A stretch of DNA of 64,000 nucleotides, taken from contig JBBRLX010000003.1 in the NCBI GenBank assembly GCA_038231135.1, positions 128,001 through 192,000 of the forward strand. Reading direction: 5' to 3'. Shown one piece after another: positions 10,001 through 22,493 of this stretch; the stretch's first letter is position 1, and each line of letters begins with the position of its first letter. The position numbers and the translations under genes were made by a program. A model generated the notes under the pieces. The model ran no database searches. It was not told where the DNA came from and worked only from the letters and a program-made list of their open reading frames with translations. Origin of the DNA: Candidatus Eiseniibacteriota bacterium. GTDB taxonomy: Bacteria > Eisenbacteria > RBG-16-71-46.

Positions 10001-13000
10001 GACCTCACCGTGAACTTCGCCGCCGCCGACGTCGACGCCGGCGCCAATACGGCGAATTTCGTGATGTGGCGGTACGTGGCGCCGAACTGGTTCATCACCA
10101 ACCCCGGCACCGACGGCGCGACCAGCACGCAGGCCACGGGCGTCACGGGCTTCAGCGATTTCGTGGCCGGCGAGTCGCGGACCCTGAACATCACCGCCAG
10201 CTCGGGTCCGAACGGCAGCATCTCGCCGTCCGGCGTGGTGCCGGTGCCGTTCGGCTCCAACACGACGTTCAACATGGGTCCGAACTCCACCTACCAGGTG
10301 CAGAACGTGCTCGTCGACGGCGTCTCGGTCGGGGCGGTCACGAGCTATACGTTCAACAACGTGGTCGCGACCCATACCATCAGCGTGACATACACCCTCA
10401 ACACCTACGTCCTGAACGTCACCATCGCCGGCAGCGGCTCGGTCGCGAAGAGCCCCAACCAGCCGACCTACGTGAACGGCACCTCGGTGACGCTCACGGC
10501 GACGCCCGGCCCCGGCTACCATTTCAGCGGCTGGAGCGGCAGCATTACCACACCGTCCAACCCCATCACGATCACGATGGACAGCGACAAGAACCTCACC
10601 GCGACCTTCACGCGCCTGGTGCTCGGCTACGAGCGGCTCCCGTTCACGGCCGCGTATACACCGCTCGGAGCGGGGTCCACCACGCTGATGGTCGCCGCGG
10701 ACGATTCGACCCGGTCGATTCCGATGCCGTTCAACTTCATCTATTCCGGAATTCCCTATACCACCGGGAACTTCCTCGCGATCAACGCGAACGGATTTGC
10801 GTTCCCGAGCCGCGCGGCAGTGACGACCTCCGCGACCTCGCTCGGGTCGAACGCGAATCTCTACAACAACTCCGCGCCGAACGGCACGATGGCGCCGTGG
10901 TACGACGATCTGAGCGTTGCCGCGGTCGGCACGAACCCGGCCGGCAGCGTCAAGTACCAGACCTCAGGCGCCGTGGGTTCGCGCAAGCTCACCGTGCAGT
11001 GGACGAACGTGTCGTCGGCAACGAACACCACGGGCGGCCAGCCGCGCCAGATCAACTTCCAGCTCGTGCTGAGCGAGACCTCGAACGAGATCGAGTTCCG
11101 CTACGGCCCGGTCGTGGGTCCGAGCCACAGCTCGCTCGAGTCGGCATCGATCGGTCTCGAGGATTCCACCGGCGGCAACTTCTTCGACGCGGTGACCGGG
11201 TCCCGGTCGACCAGCAATGGAATGATGACGACGAACAAGTGGCCGTCGTTCTTCATCAGGTTCCTGCCGAACGACGTCATCAGTGGATCGATAGAGTCCG
11301 GCACATATACCGTCGGTCCGGGGGGCTTCTATACGTCGCTGTCGGAGGCTTGCGCCGACCTGAATTCCAAGGGCATAGCAGGTCCGGTCACGCTGAGCCT
11401 GATCAGTCCGGTCGATTCGACGGTGACCCACGGCAGCAACATCTTCCCGATCCTGCTCGGACCGGTGCCCGGGAATTCCCCCATCAACCCGATCACGATC
11501 GCACCGGCATCCGGCCGCGTGACCATGACCTACCGGGGCACGGAGAGCGGCAATTGCGGCACCGGGGTATCCGCCACGGCGATCGGCATCACCAACGAGC
11601 CCGTGTTCGGACTCGTCGGCGCGGACTACGTATCGCTCAGCAACATCGACATCGTGGGCGGCTCCCAGGTGGATCGCGGCATCCTGCTGCTGCCGGCGTC
11701 CCGTACCGATGGCGCGCAGCACAACACCCTGTCGAGCGTGACGGTCTCGCTGGACCGCACGAACACCTCGTCGATCGGATTCCAGCAGTCCGTGTCGATC
11801 GCACCGACCAATAGCGCGGGTGCGAACTCGTTCAACCGCTTCCTCGGGGTGTCGGTCACCAACGCGTACGCCGGCATCGTGCTGGCGGGCAACTCGGCGC
11901 TGTTCGATACGGATTGCGAAGTCGGCAGCCTGGCTGGCCAGCCGACCTCGATCGGGCAGGCGATCGCGAACGACATCGGCAACGGCACGTTGCAGACATT
12001 CGGCATCCGGGCGCTGAATCAGACGAACGTCAACATCAACAGCTCGGTCGTCCAGCACATCACCGGCACCGGCACCGGCGTGGTCGACGGCATCCTGCTC
12101 GAGAACCAGGGGGCGTTCTCCCTGAGCAGCGGCGTCTGCCGCATCTCCGGGAACGTTGTACTCTCGCTGAACAACACCAGCCCGAGCGCCGGCAAGGTGT
12201 CGGGCATCCGTGCGCTGCTCACCTCGAATGGCTCGAGCGAGAGCCGGATCTACGACAACGCGGTCTACGACCTGAACTCGTCCAGCACGGCCGCGTCGTC
12301 GCGCCGTATCGTCGGCATCAACGTGCAGGAGACCGGACTTGGCGCCAACTCCGTGCACAACGTGGATTTCAACAGTGTGCGCATCGCGGCGGGGAACCTG
12401 GCCTGCTCCAACGCCTGCTTCGAGGTCGGCACGACGACCGGCTCCGTCATTCATGCCCGCGATAACGTGTTCGCGAACTTTACCGGCAGCCAGAGTGGCG
12501 GCGCGAAACACTATTGCTGGGTGACGCCGACCGCCGGCTCGATCGGCCCCGCCGGCTCCGTCTCGAACAACAACGTGCTGCACGTGAACAATCCCGTGAA
12601 CGGCTACACCGGCCTGGACGGCGCAACGGACGAGGCGACGCTCGCGAACTGGCAGTCGGTTGCCGGGAGCGATGCCAGCAGCCTGGCCGGGAATCCGCAA
12701 TTCCTGGCACCGTTGAACCTGGCCATCTCGACCACCCTGCCGTCGCCGGTCGAGAGCGCCGGATCGTTCTTCGGCGGCGCGATCGCATGGGTGAACGACG
12801 ACATCGCCGGCACGCCGCGCAATCCCACCGCGCCGGACATCGGCGCCTTCGAAGGTAATTACATCGCGCTGGGGTCGCACGACGTCGCCGCGGTGACGCT
12901 GATCGACCCGGCGCCGGGCTCACTCAAGCTCGCGTCCGTGGCGTTCAATCCGCAGGCATCGTTCGAGAATCAGGGCGCCAGCAACGAATCCGGGGTGCCG

Positions 13001-16000
13001 GTGCGCTATCGCATTCGCGGTCCGCAGCCGGCCACGACCATCGTCTACGAACAGACTGCGAGCATCACCTCGATGCCGACCGGATCGACCCAGAACGTGG
13101 CGTTCCCGGCCGCGACGCTCGGCACCGGCGGGTTCTACACGATCGAGGCGATCTCCGAGCTGGTGGGGGACGTGAACGCCGCGAACAACGTCGTGACCGG
13201 GACGATCGAAATCGCGGCGCCGCTCGCCGGCGACTACCCGGTCGGCGCGGCGCGCCCGGCGCCGTTCAACACGCTGACGAATGCCGTGACGCGGCTCAAC
13301 ACGGTGGGGATCTCGGGCGCGGTGCGGCTGCTGCTCGAGGATTCGAGCTACGGTCCGGCCGAAGCGTTCCCGATCACGATCAATCCGGTGGCGGCGGCGA
13401 GCGCAACGAATACGGTGACGATCTCGCCCGCAGCCGGTGCGTCGCCGACGCTGACCGGCACGAGCGCGACAGCGCTCGTGCTGCTGAACGGCGCGGACTG
13501 GATCGTGATCGATGGCACCAATTTCGCCGGGGGCTCGACGCGTGACCTCACGCTCGTGAACACCAACGCGTCCGGAACGGGAGCGGTGGTGTGGGGCCAG
13601 ACCGTGGGCGGCGCCGACGGGGCGAGCCACGACATCGTCAAGAACGTGGCGCTCACCGGCAGCGGCAACACGCTGGTGGGGGTGGGCTTCGGCGGCGTCG
13701 CCGTGAGCCTGACCAGCAACGGCAGCGGCAACGTGTCGAACCGCATCGAGAACGTCGCGGTGAGCCGCGCCCAGGTCGGCATCTACTCGGGCGGCTCGTC
13801 GGGCGCCGGCAAGAACACCGGCACCGTGATCCTCCGCAATGCGCTCACGGCCACCGCGCCGAACCAGCTCACGCGCGCCGGCATCGTCACCCGGTTCGAG
13901 GACGGCATCCAGATCACCGACAACGCGATCGGCAACCTGAGCGGCAACGGAGCCGTCGACATGATCGGCATTTCGCTCGGCCTGTTGTCGGTCACGTCCG
14001 ACGTGTTCACCGGCGACGAGGTGACGAATGCCACGGTGGCGCGCAACCAGGTGACCGGCGTGGCCTCCAACAACGCGACCGGGCTGACAGCCGCGGGCAT
14101 CGCCTTGGCCCGCGCGTCGGCAGGTGTGAACACCGTCGTCAACAACATGGTCTCGGGCGTCGTCAGCAATGCCGCGGACCCGAACGTCACGGTGGGCATC
14201 TACGCCGGCGGCGGCGGCACGACCCGCGTGTGGTTCAACTCGGTGTGGATGTCGGGCGATCGCGGCACCGCGCCCGGCCCGAGCCTGGCGCTCGCGGTCG
14301 GGGACTCGATCAACCCGGTGGACGCGCGCGACAATATTCTCGTCAACACCCAGACGGCCACCGGCGGCAGCGACAGCTACGCGATCGGCACCGTGGCGGG
14401 CGCGTCGTTCGGCAACATCACGTCCAACTTCAACGACCTGTTCACGAACAGCGGCCTGATCGGCGTGATCGGCGGATTGTCGAACGCCGGCGACGCCGAC
14501 CAGGCGACGCTCGCCCTGTGGCGGAGCGCCACGGGGCGCGACGCGTCGTCGATCTCGGGCGACCCGCAGTTCACCAGCGCCGCGGACCTGCACATCAACA
14601 TCAAGGCCCCGACGTCGTCGCCGGTCGCGAACATCGGCCAGCCGATTGCCGGCGTCACGACGGACTTCGACAACGAATCCGGCAACCGCACCACCACGCC
14701 GGATATCGGCGCGGACGAGTTCGCCACCTACAACCTGAACCTCACGATCGTGGGCAGCGGCTCGGTGACGCGGAGCCCGAACCAGACGAACTTCGAGGCC
14801 GGCACGGTGGTGACGCTGACCGCGGTGCCCGCCACCGGCTGGCATTTCTCAGGCTGGAGCGGCGCCCTCAGCGGCGCGACGAACCCGATCAACATCACGA
14901 TGGATGCCCACAAGAACGTGACCGCCACGTTCGCGATCAACACCTACACGCTCAACGTGACGACGGTCGGCAGCGGCGCGGTGGTCAAGGCCCCCAACCA
15001 GGCGACCTACAACCATGGCACCAGCGTCACGCTCACCGCGACCCCGACTACGGGCTGGCACTTCGTCGGCTGGAGCGGCGATGCGTCGGGAACCACGAAC
15101 CCGCTGACGGTGTCGATGACCGCGAACAAGAACATCACCGCCACGTTCGCGATCAACACCTACACGCTCACCGTGACGACGGTCGGCAGCGGCGCGGTGG
15201 CGAAGGCCCCGAACCAGGCGACCTACGACCACGGCACCGGTGTCACGCTCACGGCGACCCCGATCACCGGCTGGCACTTCGTCGGCTGGACCGGCGACAC
15301 CACGGCCGCCGCGAACCCGCTGAGCCTGACCATGACGGCGAACCGGATGCTCACCGCGACGTTTGCGATCAACAGCTATTCCCTGACGGTCAACGTCACC
15401 GGCAACGGCAGCGTCACGAAGAGCCCGAACCAGGCGGCGTACGATCACGGCACCCAGGTGCAGCTCACCGCCGTGCCCGATCCGGGCTGGCGACTGCAGG
15501 GCTGGAGCGGCGACACCACTGCGACGTCGAATCCGCTGGTGCTGCCGATGACCTCGAATCGAACGATCCAGCTCACGTTCGTGCTCGATGTCCACACGCT
15601 GACGCTGACGGGCGGCCCCAATGGCACGGTCGCGAAGAGCCCGGACCAGCCGACGTATACGCACGGCAGCAGCGTCCAGATCACCGCCACTCCCGACCCC
15701 GGGTTCTCGTTCATCGGCTGGAGCGGCGACACCACGACGGCCACGAACCCGCTCACGCTGGTCATGACCCGGGACCGTACGATCAGCGGCGCGTTCGGCT
15801 ACCACCTGGCGGTGACCGTCGCCGGCAACGGCACGGTGGTGCGCGCGCCGAACCAGAACGACTACGCATCGGGCACGGTGGTGCAGCTCACGCCGACGCC
15901 GGCGACCGGGTGGCACTTCACGGGCTGGAGCGGCGACGCCAGCGGCGCGGCGAACCCGCTGAGCCTCACGATGGACGCGGCGAAGAACCTCACGGCGACG

Positions 16001-18361
16001 TTCGCGATCAACACCTACACGCTGACCGTGAGCGGCGCCAACGGCACGGTCACGAAGAGCCCCGACCAGGCACTCTACGATCACGGCACCGCGGTGACGC
16101 TGACCGCGACGCCGGCCGTCGGCTACAGCTTCGTTAACTGGACCGGCGACGCCTCGGGGTCCACGAACCCGCTCGGCATCACGATGGATGCCAACAAGAC
16201 CATCGGCGCCGTGTTCTCGACCGCCACGTTCACCGTGACCGTGCAGACGGCCGGCAGCGGGTCGGTGGCCAAGAGCCCGGATCAGCCGATCTACGCGTTC
16301 GGCTCGACGGTCACGCTGACCGCCACGCCCGCGACCGGCTGGCACTTCCTGGGCTGGAGCGGCGACACGACCGTGGCGACGAATCCGCTCACGATCGGCG
16401 TCACCGCGAACCGTAACCTCACCGCCACATTCGCAATCAACACGTACACGCTGTCGGTGCCGGTCACCGGCAGCGGCAGCGTGGCGAAGGCGCCGGACCA
16501 AGCCACTTACAACCACGGCACGGTCGTGACGCTGACCCCGGCGCCCGCGACCGGGTGGCATTTCGTCGCCTGGAGCGGCGACGCGACCGGCTCGGCGAAC
16601 CCGCTGCCGGTGACGATGGACGGCAACAAGACCATCACCGCGACGTTCGCGATCAACAGCTACGCGCTCAACGTGACGGTGGCGGGCAACGGCGCGGTGG
16701 CGAAGTCGCCCGATCAGGCGTCCTACGATCACGGCACGGTGGTGACCATGACGGCCACCCCCGGCACCGGATCGCACTTCGTCGGCTGGAGCGGCGATGC
16801 GACGGGCTCGACGAACCCGCTCACGGTGACGATGGACGCCGCGAAGAACGTCACCGCCACGTTCGCGGTCGACAACCACACCGTGACGGTCACGACCGTG
16901 GGCACCGGCACGATCGTGCGCGCGCCGGATCAGGCGACCTACCCCTTCGGCACCGCGGTGCAGCTCACCGCCACGCCGTCGGTCGGCTGGAGCTTCACCG
17001 GCTGGAGCGGCGATGCGACGGGCTCGACGAATCCGCTCACGGTGACGGCGAACTCCGATCTCAACATCACGGGAACGTTCACGATCAACACGTATCCGCT
17101 CAACGTGACCGTGCAGGGCTCAGGGACGGTCGCGAAGTCGCCGGACCAGCCCACCTACAATCACGGCACCACGGTGACGCTCACCGCAACGCCCACTGTC
17201 GGCTGGCACTTCCTGGGCTGGAGCGGCGATGCGGCGGGCTCGACGAATCCCATCACGGTCTCGATGACCGCCCCCCGGAACGTGACCGCGTCGTTCGCGA
17301 TCAACAGCTACACGCTGACCGTCTCGGGTGATGCAAATGGCTCGGTGACGAAGGCTCCGGACCAGGCCACCTACGACCACGGCACGTCGGTGACGCTGAC
17401 CGCGGTCCCGGCGACCGGCTATCACCTGGCGAGCTGGGGCGGCGACGCGAGCGGCAACACGACTCCGCTGCCGGTGACGATGGACGGCAACAAGACGATC
17501 ACCGCCACGTTCGCGATCAACACGTATACGCTGACCCTGAACATCATCGACGGCGGCACCGTGACGAAGAACCCCGACCTGCCGACGTACACCCATGGGC
17601 AAACCGTGCAGCTCACGGCGGTGCCGATCGATGGCGATCACCACTTCGTGTGGTGGTTCGGGGCGGCGCTGGGCCAGGGCAACACCAACCCGATCACCAT
17701 CGTAATGGATGACAACAAGACGGTGGGCGCGGGGTTCACCGTGACCGAGAGCGTCCCGCCGGTCGTGCAGGTTCTATCGCCGAACGGCGGCGAGCTGCTC
17801 GCCGTGGGTCAGACGGCCGACATCACCTGGAGCGCTTCGGACAACGTTGCCGTCGACGCCCTGGTGATCTTCCTGTCGCGCAGCGGACCGTCGGGGCCGT
17901 TCGATTCGCTGGCGATCGTGAGCAACGACACCCCGGTGTATCACTGGCTCGTGACGCCGCCTGCGACCTCGAACGCCTACTTCAAGATCGTGGCGCACGA
18001 TGACAACGACAACACTGCCACGGACCTGAGCGACGCGGCGTTCTCGATCGTGCCCCACACGGCGGGCGTCGAGTCCGGGGTGCCGACGGTGTTCGCGCTC
18101 GGCAGGATCTACCCGAACCCGGCGGTCGATCGCGCGCGGATCGCGTTCGACGTTCCGCGGCCGTCGCGGGTGCGGCTCAGCATCATGGATCTGCAGGGCC
18201 GTGAGGTTGCGGTCCTCGAGGACGGAGTGCGCGCGGCCGGGCGCTACGAGGCCGGGTGGGACGGCCGCATCCACGGCGTGCGTGCGCCGGCGGGCATGTT
18301 CTTCGTGCGCTTCGAGGCCGACGGCCGCCGCTTCCTGCGCCGCCTGGTCCTCACCCGCTAG
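7091..18361 (+). CDS. Giant secreted protein (~3756 aa): signal peptide, G/T/S-rich beta-helical passenger-like region, further beta-helix/Ig regions, 14 C-terminal InlB-B/Flg_new-like repeats, T9SS/FlgD-like C-terminal domain
   Basis: GTG at 7091 follows the RBS AAAGGGAG. Signal-like N-terminus MNVLKTRSR...[16 protein letters not shown]-terminus [10 protein letters not shown]...[18 protein letters not shown]...RRLVLTR. Confidence 0.88.
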   Translation: MNVLKTRSRSWSARAAGAQCAAMLLGLTLLPALSWAQTTYTWNKTTSASWGTSTDWTPTRSSPATSDILVIDGNVTPTPTLTSTPTQTIGRLRILNNAHVTFAAQNSGQTVTISGATSPAFDMTAGTTLTINDAKIITLSLSGASTSTIAGAISFGLGAHRLTAANASQLTFASGGSFTTLSGFSGNAFGNAGTANAVVFASGSTYTHNAGSDPFALVTPSSRVVFQTGSTAVFRTATGFVGDGRTYGNLTAQNNSALSASGTGNLKFGTLVVESGSSFSFTGSSANSITVTGDVQSAGTGGVTLTAGSGHVVFAGAGTQTVGGGGGTGAITINGGATVNATSTLALSRALTVASGTLTVNGNLTLNSGGSVSVVPVYASPATLTYAAGATPGNEWTTGTVIGTGVPKNVTIAAGAGTISMPTTARSVPGDLTITSGTLAMNAGGGTLSVGGNWTDSGTFTANGRTVIFNGITTQTLAKTGGESLFALQVDKTAGNLVLSASPATNLTLTGTSGDVMAITNPGGLDIGSNTLTLSGSGGNWLSGGATAGVRTVLGTGTVALAGAKTFTNNNSRALSFASGITVTAAGATDFGAGISTINGTLQLNTGGSVVTNAPTYGATAVLRYNQGGAAGRGVEWSATAGAGYPANVRLSNSTSLDLSNGAPAVARQAAGNLTIDVGSALNMSPMTTTLLVIGNVDDQGTLALSSASGGDLRVQGNLTVGGTYTSNSRAVIFEGAGTQVVSRSAGTLALDYLRLAKTAGSLQLGSDVTALASIGAAALQFNGTTDVLDLNGHQLTLGGTLGGTDAAGAIKGSATSSLTLNGSGGSAGTLKFSTGFETLLNLVINRPAGGVTLGTTLTVANLTLTDGTLVTGANTVTVGTALTRTNGYVDGNLRKTVPLGSPTVTFEIGAGAVYAPMTLAFASVTTAGPLTASTTSAEHPNIAGSGVDPTRSVNRYWSLNGAGVVFTAYDLTVNFAAADVDAGANTANFVMWRYVAPNWFITNPGTDGATSTQATGVTGFSDFVAGESRTLNITASSGPNGSISPSGVVPVPFGSNTTFNMGPNSTYQVQNVLVDGVSVGAVTSYTFNNVVATHTISVTYTLNTYVLNVTIAGSGSVAKSPNQPTYVNGTSVTLTATPGPGYHFSGWSGSITTPSNPITITMDSDKNLTATFTRLVLGYERLPFTAAYTPLGAGSTTLMVAADDSTRSIPMPFNFIYSGIPYTTGNFLAINANGFAFPSRAAVTTSATSLGSNANLYNNSAPNGTMAPWYDDLSVAAVGTNPAGSVKYQTSGAVGSRKLTVQWTNVSSATNTTGGQPRQINFQLVLSETSNEIEFRYGPVVGPSHSSLESASIGLEDSTGGNFFDAVTGSRSTSNGMMTTNKWPSFFIRFLPNDVISGSIESGTYTVGPGGFYTSLSEACADLNSKGIAGPVTLSLISPVDSTVTHGSNIFPILLGPVPGNSPINPITIAPASGRVTMTYRGTESGNCGTGVSATAIGITNEPVFGLVGADYVSLSNIDIVGGSQVDRGILLLPASRTDGAQHNTLSSVTVSLDRTNTSSIGFQQSVSIAPTNSAGANSFNRFLGVSVTNAYAGIVLAGNSALFDTDCEVGSLAGQPTSIGQAIANDIGNGTLQTFGIRALNQTNVNINSSVVQHITGTGTGVVDGILLENQGAFSLSSGVCRISGNVVLSLNNTSPSAGKVSGIRALLTSNGSSESRIYDNAVYDLNSSSTAASSRRIVGINVQETGLGANSVHNVDFNSVRIAAGNLACSNACFEVGTTTGSVIHARDNVFANFTGSQSGGAKHYCWVTPTAGSIGPAGSVSNNNVLHVNNPVNGYTGLDGATDEATLANWQSVAGSDASSLAGNPQFLAPLNLAISTTLPSPVESAGSFFGGAIAWVNDDIAGTPRNPTAPDIGAFEGNYIALGSHDVAAVTLIDPAPGSLKLASVAFNPQASFENQGASNESGVPVRYRIRGPQPATTIVYEQTASITSMPTGSTQNVAFPAATLGTGGFYTIEAISELVGDVNAANNVVTGTIEIAAPLAGDYPVGAARPAPFNTLTNAVTRLNTVGISGAVRLLLEDSSYGPAEAFPITINPVAAASATNTVTISPAAGASPTLTGTSATALVLLNGADWIVIDGTNFAGGSTRDLTLVNTNASGTGAVVWGQTVGGADGASHDIVKNVALTGSGNTLVGVGFGGVAVSLTSNGSGNVSNRIENVAVSRAQVGIYSGGSSGAGKNTGTVILRNALTATAPNQLTRAGIVTRFEDGIQITDNAIGNLSGNGAVDMIGISLGLLSVTSDVFTGDEVTNATVARNQVTGVASNNATGLTAAGIALARASAGVNTVVNNMVSGVVSNAADPNVTVGIYAGGGGTTRVWFNSVWMSGDRGTAPGPSLALAVGDSINPVDARDNILVNTQTATGGSDSYAIGTVAGASFGNITSNFNDLFTNSGLIGVIGGLSNAGDADQATLALWRSATGRDASSISGDPQFTSAADLHINIKAPTSSPVANIGQPIAGVTTDFDNESGNRTTTPDIGADEFATYNLNLTIVGSGSVTRSPNQTNFEAGTVVTLTAVPATGWHFSGWSGALSGATNPINITMDAHKNVTATFAINTYTLNVTTVGSGAVVKAPNQATYNHGTSVTLTATPTTGWHFVGWSGDASGTTNPLTVSMTANKNITATFAINTYTLTVTTVGSGAVAKAPNQATYDHGTGVTLTATPITGWHFVGWTGDTTAAANPLSLTMTANRMLTATFAINSYSLTVNVTGNGSVTKSPNQAAYDHGTQVQLTAVPDPGWRLQGWSGDTTATSNPLVLPMTSNRTIQLTFVLDVHTLTLTGGPNGTVAKSPDQPTYTHGSSVQITATPDPGFSFIGWSGDTTTATNPLTLVMTRDRTISGAFGYHLAVTVAGNGTVVRAPNQNDYASGTVVQLTPTPATGWHFTGWSGDASGAANPLSLTMDAAKNLTATFAINTYTLTVSGANGTVTKSPDQALYDHGTAVTLTATPAVGYSFVNWTGDASGSTNPLGITMDANKTIGAVFSTATFTVTVQTAGSGSVAKSPDQPIYAFGSTVTLTATPATGWHFLGWSGDTTVATNPLTIGVTANRNLTATFAINTYTLSVPVTGSGSVAKAPDQATYNHGTVVTLTPAPATGWHFVAWSGDATGSANPLPVTMDGNKTITATFAINSYALNVTVAGNGAVAKSPDQASYDHGTVVTMTATPGTGSHFVGWSGDATGSTNPLTVTMDAAKNVTATFAVDNHTVTVTTVGTGTIVRAPDQATYPFGTAVQLTATPSVGWSFTGWSGDATGSTNPLTVTANSDLNITGTFTINTYPLNVTVQGSGTVAKSPDQPTYNHGTTVTLTATPTVGWHFLGWSGDAAGSTNPITVSMTAPRNVTASFAINSYTLTVSGDANGSVTKAPDQATYDHGTSVTLTAVPATGYHLASWGGDASGNTTPLPVTMDGNKTITATFAINTYTLTLNIIDGGTVTKNPDLPTYTHGQTVQLTAVPIDGDHHFVWWFGAALGQGNTNPITIVMDDNKTVGAGFTVTESVPPVVQVLSPNGGELLAVGQTADITWSASDNVAVDALVIFLSRSGPSGPFDSLAIVSNDTPVYHWLVTPPATSNAYFKIVAHDDNDNTATDLSDAAFSIVPHTAGVESGVPTVFALGRIYPNPAVDRARIAFDVPRPSRVRLSIMDLQGREVAVLEDGVRAAGRYEAGWDGRIHGVRAPAGMFFVRFEADGRRFLRRLVLTR
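14729..17737 (+). repeat. Intragenic tandem array of 14 ~216-bp repeat units
   Basis: Same ~72-aa motif as in the upstream gene; 14 units counted. Confidence 0.9.
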
Positions 18362-18423
18362 CAGGCCGCCAGACTTTCATCGTGGCCCCAACGCTCGCCG
18401 GCGCCGGGGCCACTCCGGCCGCG

Positions 18424-18453
18424 TTGACGGGCAGACGCCGGAGTCCCTAATCT
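18424..18453 (+). promoter_or_regulatory. Putative sigma70 promoter of the mrp-...-ccmF operon
   Basis: TTGACG (18424-18429), 18-nt spacer, TAATCT (18448-18453), about 95 nt upstream of the mrp ATG. Confidence 0.5.
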
Positions 18454-18547
18454 AACGGGTTCTCCCACGGTCTTCTAGGCGGGTGGTTTCGCCTGCCGCG
18501 TGAGCGTCGCCGGCACGCCTCCAGCCGCCGGGCCTTTAGGAACCCAC

Positions 18548-19684
18548 ATGTCCGAATCGCTTCAGAACCAGGTGCTCGCGGCTCTCGGCCAGGTCCAGGA
18601 TCCGGACCTGCACAAGGATCTCGTCACGCTCGGCATGATCGAGCAGCTCGAGGTCGTGGACGGCCGTGCTGCGTTCACGCTGGTGCTCACCACGGCGGCC
18701 TGCCCGCTCAAGGAGCAGATCGAAGGCGACTGCCGCGCCGCGGTGCTGGCGGTGCCGGGGATTCACGACGTGCGGATCACCACCACGTCCCGGGTGCGCA
18801 AGCCCAAGGATCCCACCGCCGATCGCAAGGCGCTCGAAGGCGTCGCCCAGGTCATCGCGATCGGCAGCGGCAAGGGCGGCGTGGGGAAGAGCACGGTGTC
18901 CGCGAACCTGGCGGTCGCGCTGGCGGCCGCGGGCGCCCGGGTGGGCCTGCTCGACGGCGACATCTACGGCCCCAACCTGCCGCGCATGCTGGGCGCGAAC
19001 CGCCAGCCGTCGTTCAAGGACGGCCGCATCCTGCCGCTCGAGGCGTGGGGCGTGCGGTTCATGTCGATGGGACTGCTGGTCGATCAGGGCGAGGCCGTGG
19101 TGTGGCGCGGGCCGATGCTGCACGGTGCCATGAAGACGTTCCTGCACGAGGTCGACTGGGGCGAGCTCGACTACCTGCTCGTCGACCTGCCGCCCGGCAC
19201 CGGCGACGTGCAGCTGTCGCTGATCCAGCAGACCCACGTGGCCGGCGCCGTCGTCGTGACCACGCCGTCGACGGTGGCGATCGAGGACGCCGTCAAGGCG
19301 GTGTCGATGTTCAACAAGCTGAGCGTGCCGGTGCTCGGCATGATCGAGAACATGAGCTACTTCGTGTGCCCGGACTGCTCCGCGCGCCACGACATCTTCA
19401 GCACCGGCGACGGCGAGCAGCGCGCCGAGACGCTCGGCATTCCGTTCCTGGGCGCGATCCCGCTGCACCCCGAAGTGCGCATCGGCGGCGATACCGGCCG
19501 TCCGGTCGTGCTCGGCAGGCCCGACGGCGAATACTCCCGTGCGCTGGTGCGCATCGCGGGCCACCTGGCGCAGCGCATCTCGATCCAGGCGATCGATCCT
19601 GCCGCGGGGCCGGCGGCGGCGGCCCCCGCGGCGGATTCCGCCGTGCCGGTCGCTCCCGTGCCGAGCCGGTCGGGAGTTGCATGA
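18548..19684 (+). CDS. mrp: Mrp/ApbC (NBP35 family) Fe-S cluster carrier ATPase with N-terminal DUF59-like domain
   Basis: VQDPDLHKDLVTLG N-domain, GKGGVGKST deviant Walker A, WRGPM, DLPPGTGD, ENMS and CPDC motifs. Confidence 0.93.
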   Translation: MSESLQNQVLAALGQVQDPDLHKDLVTLGMIEQLEVVDGRAAFTLVLTTAACPLKEQIEGDCRAAVLAVPGIHDVRITTTSRVRKPKDPTADRKALEGVAQVIAIGSGKGGVGKSTVSANLAVALAAAGARVGLLDGDIYGPNLPRMLGANRQPSFKDGRILPLEAWGVRFMSMGLLVDQGEAVVWRGPMLHGAMKTFLHEVDWGELDYLLVDLPPGTGDVQLSLIQQTHVAGAVVVTTPSTVAIEDAVKAVSMFNKLSVPVLGMIENMSYFVCPDCSARHDIFSTGDGEQRAETLGIPFLGAIPLHPEVRIGGDTGRPVVLGRPDGEYSRALVRIAGHLAQRISIQAIDPAAGPAAAAPAADSAVPVAPVPSRSGVA

Positions 19685-20871
19685 CCGAGATCTACGCGGA
19701 TCACGCCGCCACCACGCCGGTCGCGCCCGAGGTGCTCGCTGCGATGGAACCGTACTGGGGCGCGGGATTCGGCAACGCCGCGTCGGTGCATCGCCGCGGC
19801 GAGGCCGCGCGCGAGGTCGTGGAGCGCGCGCGCGGCCAGGTCGCGGCGCTGGTGGCCGCGGCGCCCGAGGAGGTGGTGTTCACGGCCTCGGGATCCGAAT
19901 CCAACAATCTGGCGCTCAAGGGTGTGCTGGTCGCGGCACCGGTGAGCCGGCGGCGGCTCGTCGTGTCCGCGATCGAGCATCCGTCGGTCCTCGAAGCGGC
20001 CCGTCATCTCGAATCGCGGGGCCATGTCCTCACGATCCTGCCGGTGACGCCGGACGGCGTGGTCACGCCGGAGCGGCTCGAAGCGGCGCTCGGAGACGAC
20101 GTGGCGCTGGTGTCGATCCAGTGGGTGAACAGCGAGACCGGAACGTTCCAGGACGTCCGGCAGCTCGCCGCGCTCGCACACGCCGCCGGGGCGCGGTTCC
20201 ACTGCGACGCCGTGCAGGCGGCGGGCAAGCTCGCGATCGACTTCGCGGCGCTGGGGGTCGACCTGCTGAGCCTCGCGGGCCACAAGTTCGGCGGCCCGCC
20301 CGGCGCCGCGGCGCTGATCGTGCGCCGGCGCATGCGGCTGGTGCCGCTGATCCATGGCGGCCACCAGGAGCGCGGCCGGCGCGCGGGCACCGAGAACCTG
20401 CCGGCGCTGGCGGGACTGGGTGCCGCCGCAGAGCGGGCCCGGGCCCGGATCGCAACCGGCGCCCCGGTGGTGATGGCGGCGCTCGGCGTGCAGCTCGCGG
20501 ACGGGCTGACGGCCGCGGTGCCGGGGGCGGTGGTCAACGGCGCGGGTGGCCCGCGCCTTCGCAGCATCGTCAATGTTTGCTTCCCCGGATCGGACGGCGA
20601 GGCGCTGATGCATGAACTCGACCGCGACGGCATCACGGTGTCCACGGGCTCCGCGTGCAGCGCCGCCGATCCCGGGCCGTCGCACGTGCTGATCGCGATG
20701 GGCCTCGAACCCGAGGACGCGCACGCCAGCGTGCGGTTCTCGCTCGGAGACGGCAACGACGCGGCACAGGTGAAGCGCATCATCACCGCAGTGCCCGCCG
20801 CGCTCGCGCGGTTGCGCACGCTCGCCGACGCACCACCCACCCGCCGGCCGCCGGGCACGCAGGCGGCATGA
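19681..20871 (+). CDS. iscS: Cysteine desulfurase (IscS/NifS family)
   Basis: [23 protein letters not shown] (PLP Lys), RAGTEN and STGSACS (catalytic Cys). ATGA overlap with mrp. Confidence 0.9.
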   Translation: MTEIYADHAATTPVAPEVLAAMEPYWGAGFGNAASVHRRGEAAREVVERARGQVAALVAAAPEEVVFTASGSESNNLALKGVLVAAPVSRRRLVVSAIEHPSVLEAARHLESRGHVLTILPVTPDGVVTPERLEAALGDDVALVSIQWVNSETGTFQDVRQLAALAHAAGARFHCDAVQAAGKLAIDFAALGVDLLSLAGHKFGGPPGAAALIVRRRMRLVPLIHGGHQERGRRAGTENLPALAGLGAAAERARARIATGAPVVMAALGVQLADGLTAAVPGAVVNGAGGPRLRSIVNVCFPGSDGEALMHELDRDGITVSTGSACSAADPGPSHVLIAMGLEPEDAHASVRFSLGDGNDAAQVKRIITAVPAALARLRTLADAPPTRRPPGTQAA

Positions 20872-20929
20872 ACCAGCCCTGGGAGCGGACGAACCGACAC
20901 GACCGGTCGCCCCGAAACGGAGGAACGAC

Positions 20930-21844
20930 ATGAATCATCAGGAGCAGTTCCGGCTCAAGGTGGGACTCGCCGAGATGCTCAAGGGCGGCGTCATCATGGA
21001 CGTCCAGACCGCCGAACAGGCGCGGATCGCCGAGGAGGCGGGCGCGTCGGCGGTGATGGCGCTCGAACGCATTCCGGCGCGAATCCGCCGGGAGGGCGGC
21101 GTGGCGCGCATGTCGGACCCCGGTCTCATCAAGGAGATCGAAGCCGCGGTGTCGATCCCGGTGATGGCCAAGTGCCGCATCGGCCACACCGCCGAGGCGC
21201 GCATCCTCGAGACGCTCGGCATCGACTTCATCGACGAGAGCGAAGTGCTGACGCCGGCCGACGAGGAGCATCACGTCGACAAGCACGCGTTCAAGGTGCC
21301 GTTCGTGTGCGGTTGCCGCGACCTGGGCGAGGCGCTGCGCCGCATCGGCGAGGGCGCCGCGATGATCCGCACCAAGGGCGAGGCCGGCACCGGCAACGTG
21401 GTGGAAGCGGTGCGCCACATGCGGTCGGTGATGCGCTCGATCCGCATGCTGAGCGGCATCCCCGAGGACGAGCTGATGGCGGCTGCCAAGAACCTCGGCG
21501 CGCCCTATGAACTGGTGAAGCAGGTGTCGCGCACCGGCCGGCTGCCGGTGCCGAACTTCGCCGCGGGCGGCGTCGCCACGCCGGCGGACGCGGCGCTGAT
21601 GATGCAGCTCGGCGCCGAGGCGGTGTTCGTGGGCTCGGGAATCTTCGAGGTCGGGCTCGACGCCAAGCCCGACGAGCAGCGCCGGGACCAGCTGCGCATG
21701 GCGCAGGCGATCGTCAAGGCCGTCGCCAACTGGAACCGGCCCGAGGTGCTGGCGGAGGTCAGCGAGGGCCTGCCGAAGCCGATGAAGGGCGTGTCGATGG
21801 ATACGATTCCGGACGAGCAGCAGCTCGCGAAGCGGGGCTGGTGA
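20930..21844 (+). CDS. pdxS: Pyridoxal 5'-phosphate synthase lyase subunit
   Basis: [51 protein letters not shown] and C-terminal RGW. Confidence 0.97.
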   Translation: MNHQEQFRLKVGLAEMLKGGVIMDVQTAEQARIAEEAGASAVMALERIPARIRREGGVARMSDPGLIKEIEAAVSIPVMAKCRIGHTAEARILETLGIDFIDESEVLTPADEEHHVDKHAFKVPFVCGCRDLGEALRRIGEGAAMIRTKGEAGTGNVVEAVRHMRSVMRSIRMLSGIPEDELMAAAKNLGAPYELVKQVSRTGRLPVPNFAAGGVATPADAALMMQLGAEAVFVGSGIFEVGLDAKPDEQRRDQLRMAQAIVKAVANWNRPEVLAEVSEGLPKPMKGVSMDTIPDEQQLAKRGW

Positions 21845-21845
21845 G

Positions 21846-22493
21846 GTGACCGGAGTCCGCGTCGGGGTGCTGGGACTGCAGGGCGACTTCGCCTGCCACG
21901 CGGCGACGCTCGTGGCGCTCGGCGTCGAGCCCGTGCGCGTGTCGCTGCCGCGCGACCTCGAGGGCTGCGAGGCGCTGGTGCTGCCGGGCGGCGAATCCAC
22001 GACGATGCTGCGGCTGCTGCACGCCACCGGGCTCCGGGCGCCGCTCGAGCGGTTCGTCCGCGAGCGTCCGGCACTCGGCACCTGCGCGGGCGCGATCCTG
22101 CTCGGCCGTGGCGCCCTGGGGCTGCCGGCGCCGACCTTCGGCGTGCTCGATGTCGACGTCGCGCGCAATGCCTACGGCCGCCAGGTCGACTCGTTCGAGG
22201 GCGCGGTCGATGTCGCCCCGCTCGGCCGCGCGATCCCCGGCGTGTTCATCCGCGCGCCGCGGTTCACGCGCATCGGCCCCGGCGTCGAGGTGATCGCCCG
22301 GCTCGAGGGGGCGCACGGTCCGGCGCCGGCCGGCGAGCCGGTCGGCGTGCGCGCCGGCGTCACGGTCGCGCTGTGCTTCCACCCTGAGATCGCGGGCGAC
22401 GCCGCGCTGCACGCGTGGTTCCTCGGCACCGTGGCGGGGCTGAGGCTGCCCGCGGACTCGCACGTCCGGCCCGCCGGCGGAGCCGCCGCTTGA
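21846..22493 (+). CDS. pdxT: PLP synthase glutaminase subunit
   Basis: GVLGLQG, PGGESTT, GTCAG, RNAYGRQVDSF, FIRAP and FHPE motifs; adjacent to pdxS. Confidence 0.95.
   Translation: MTGVRVGVLGLQGDFACHAATLVALGVEPVRVSLPRDLEGCEALVLPGGESTTMLRLLHATGLRAPLERFVRERPALGTCAGAILLGRGALGLPAPTFGVLDVDVARNAYGRQVDSFEGAVDVAPLGRAIPGVFIRAPRFTRIGPGVEVIARLEGAHGPAPAGEPVGVRAGVTVALCFHPEIAGDAALHAWFLGTVAGLRLPADSHVRPAGGAAA

Noticed and set aside
79..18274. Many long alternative-frame and antisense ORFs over the two giant genes (for example 1555-4143 +, 7862-10522 -)
   Set aside because: Shadow ORFs caused by high GC3 codon bias and repeats; Arg/Gly/Ala-rich with no motifs.
19045..19680. Apparent N-terminal extensions of iscS (and similarly ccmA, fbp, the Mo-hydroxylase subunits, the KaiC-like gene and thyX) in the ORF track
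   Set aside because: They overlap upstream real genes in another frame; internal starts with stop/start coupling or an RBS fit better.
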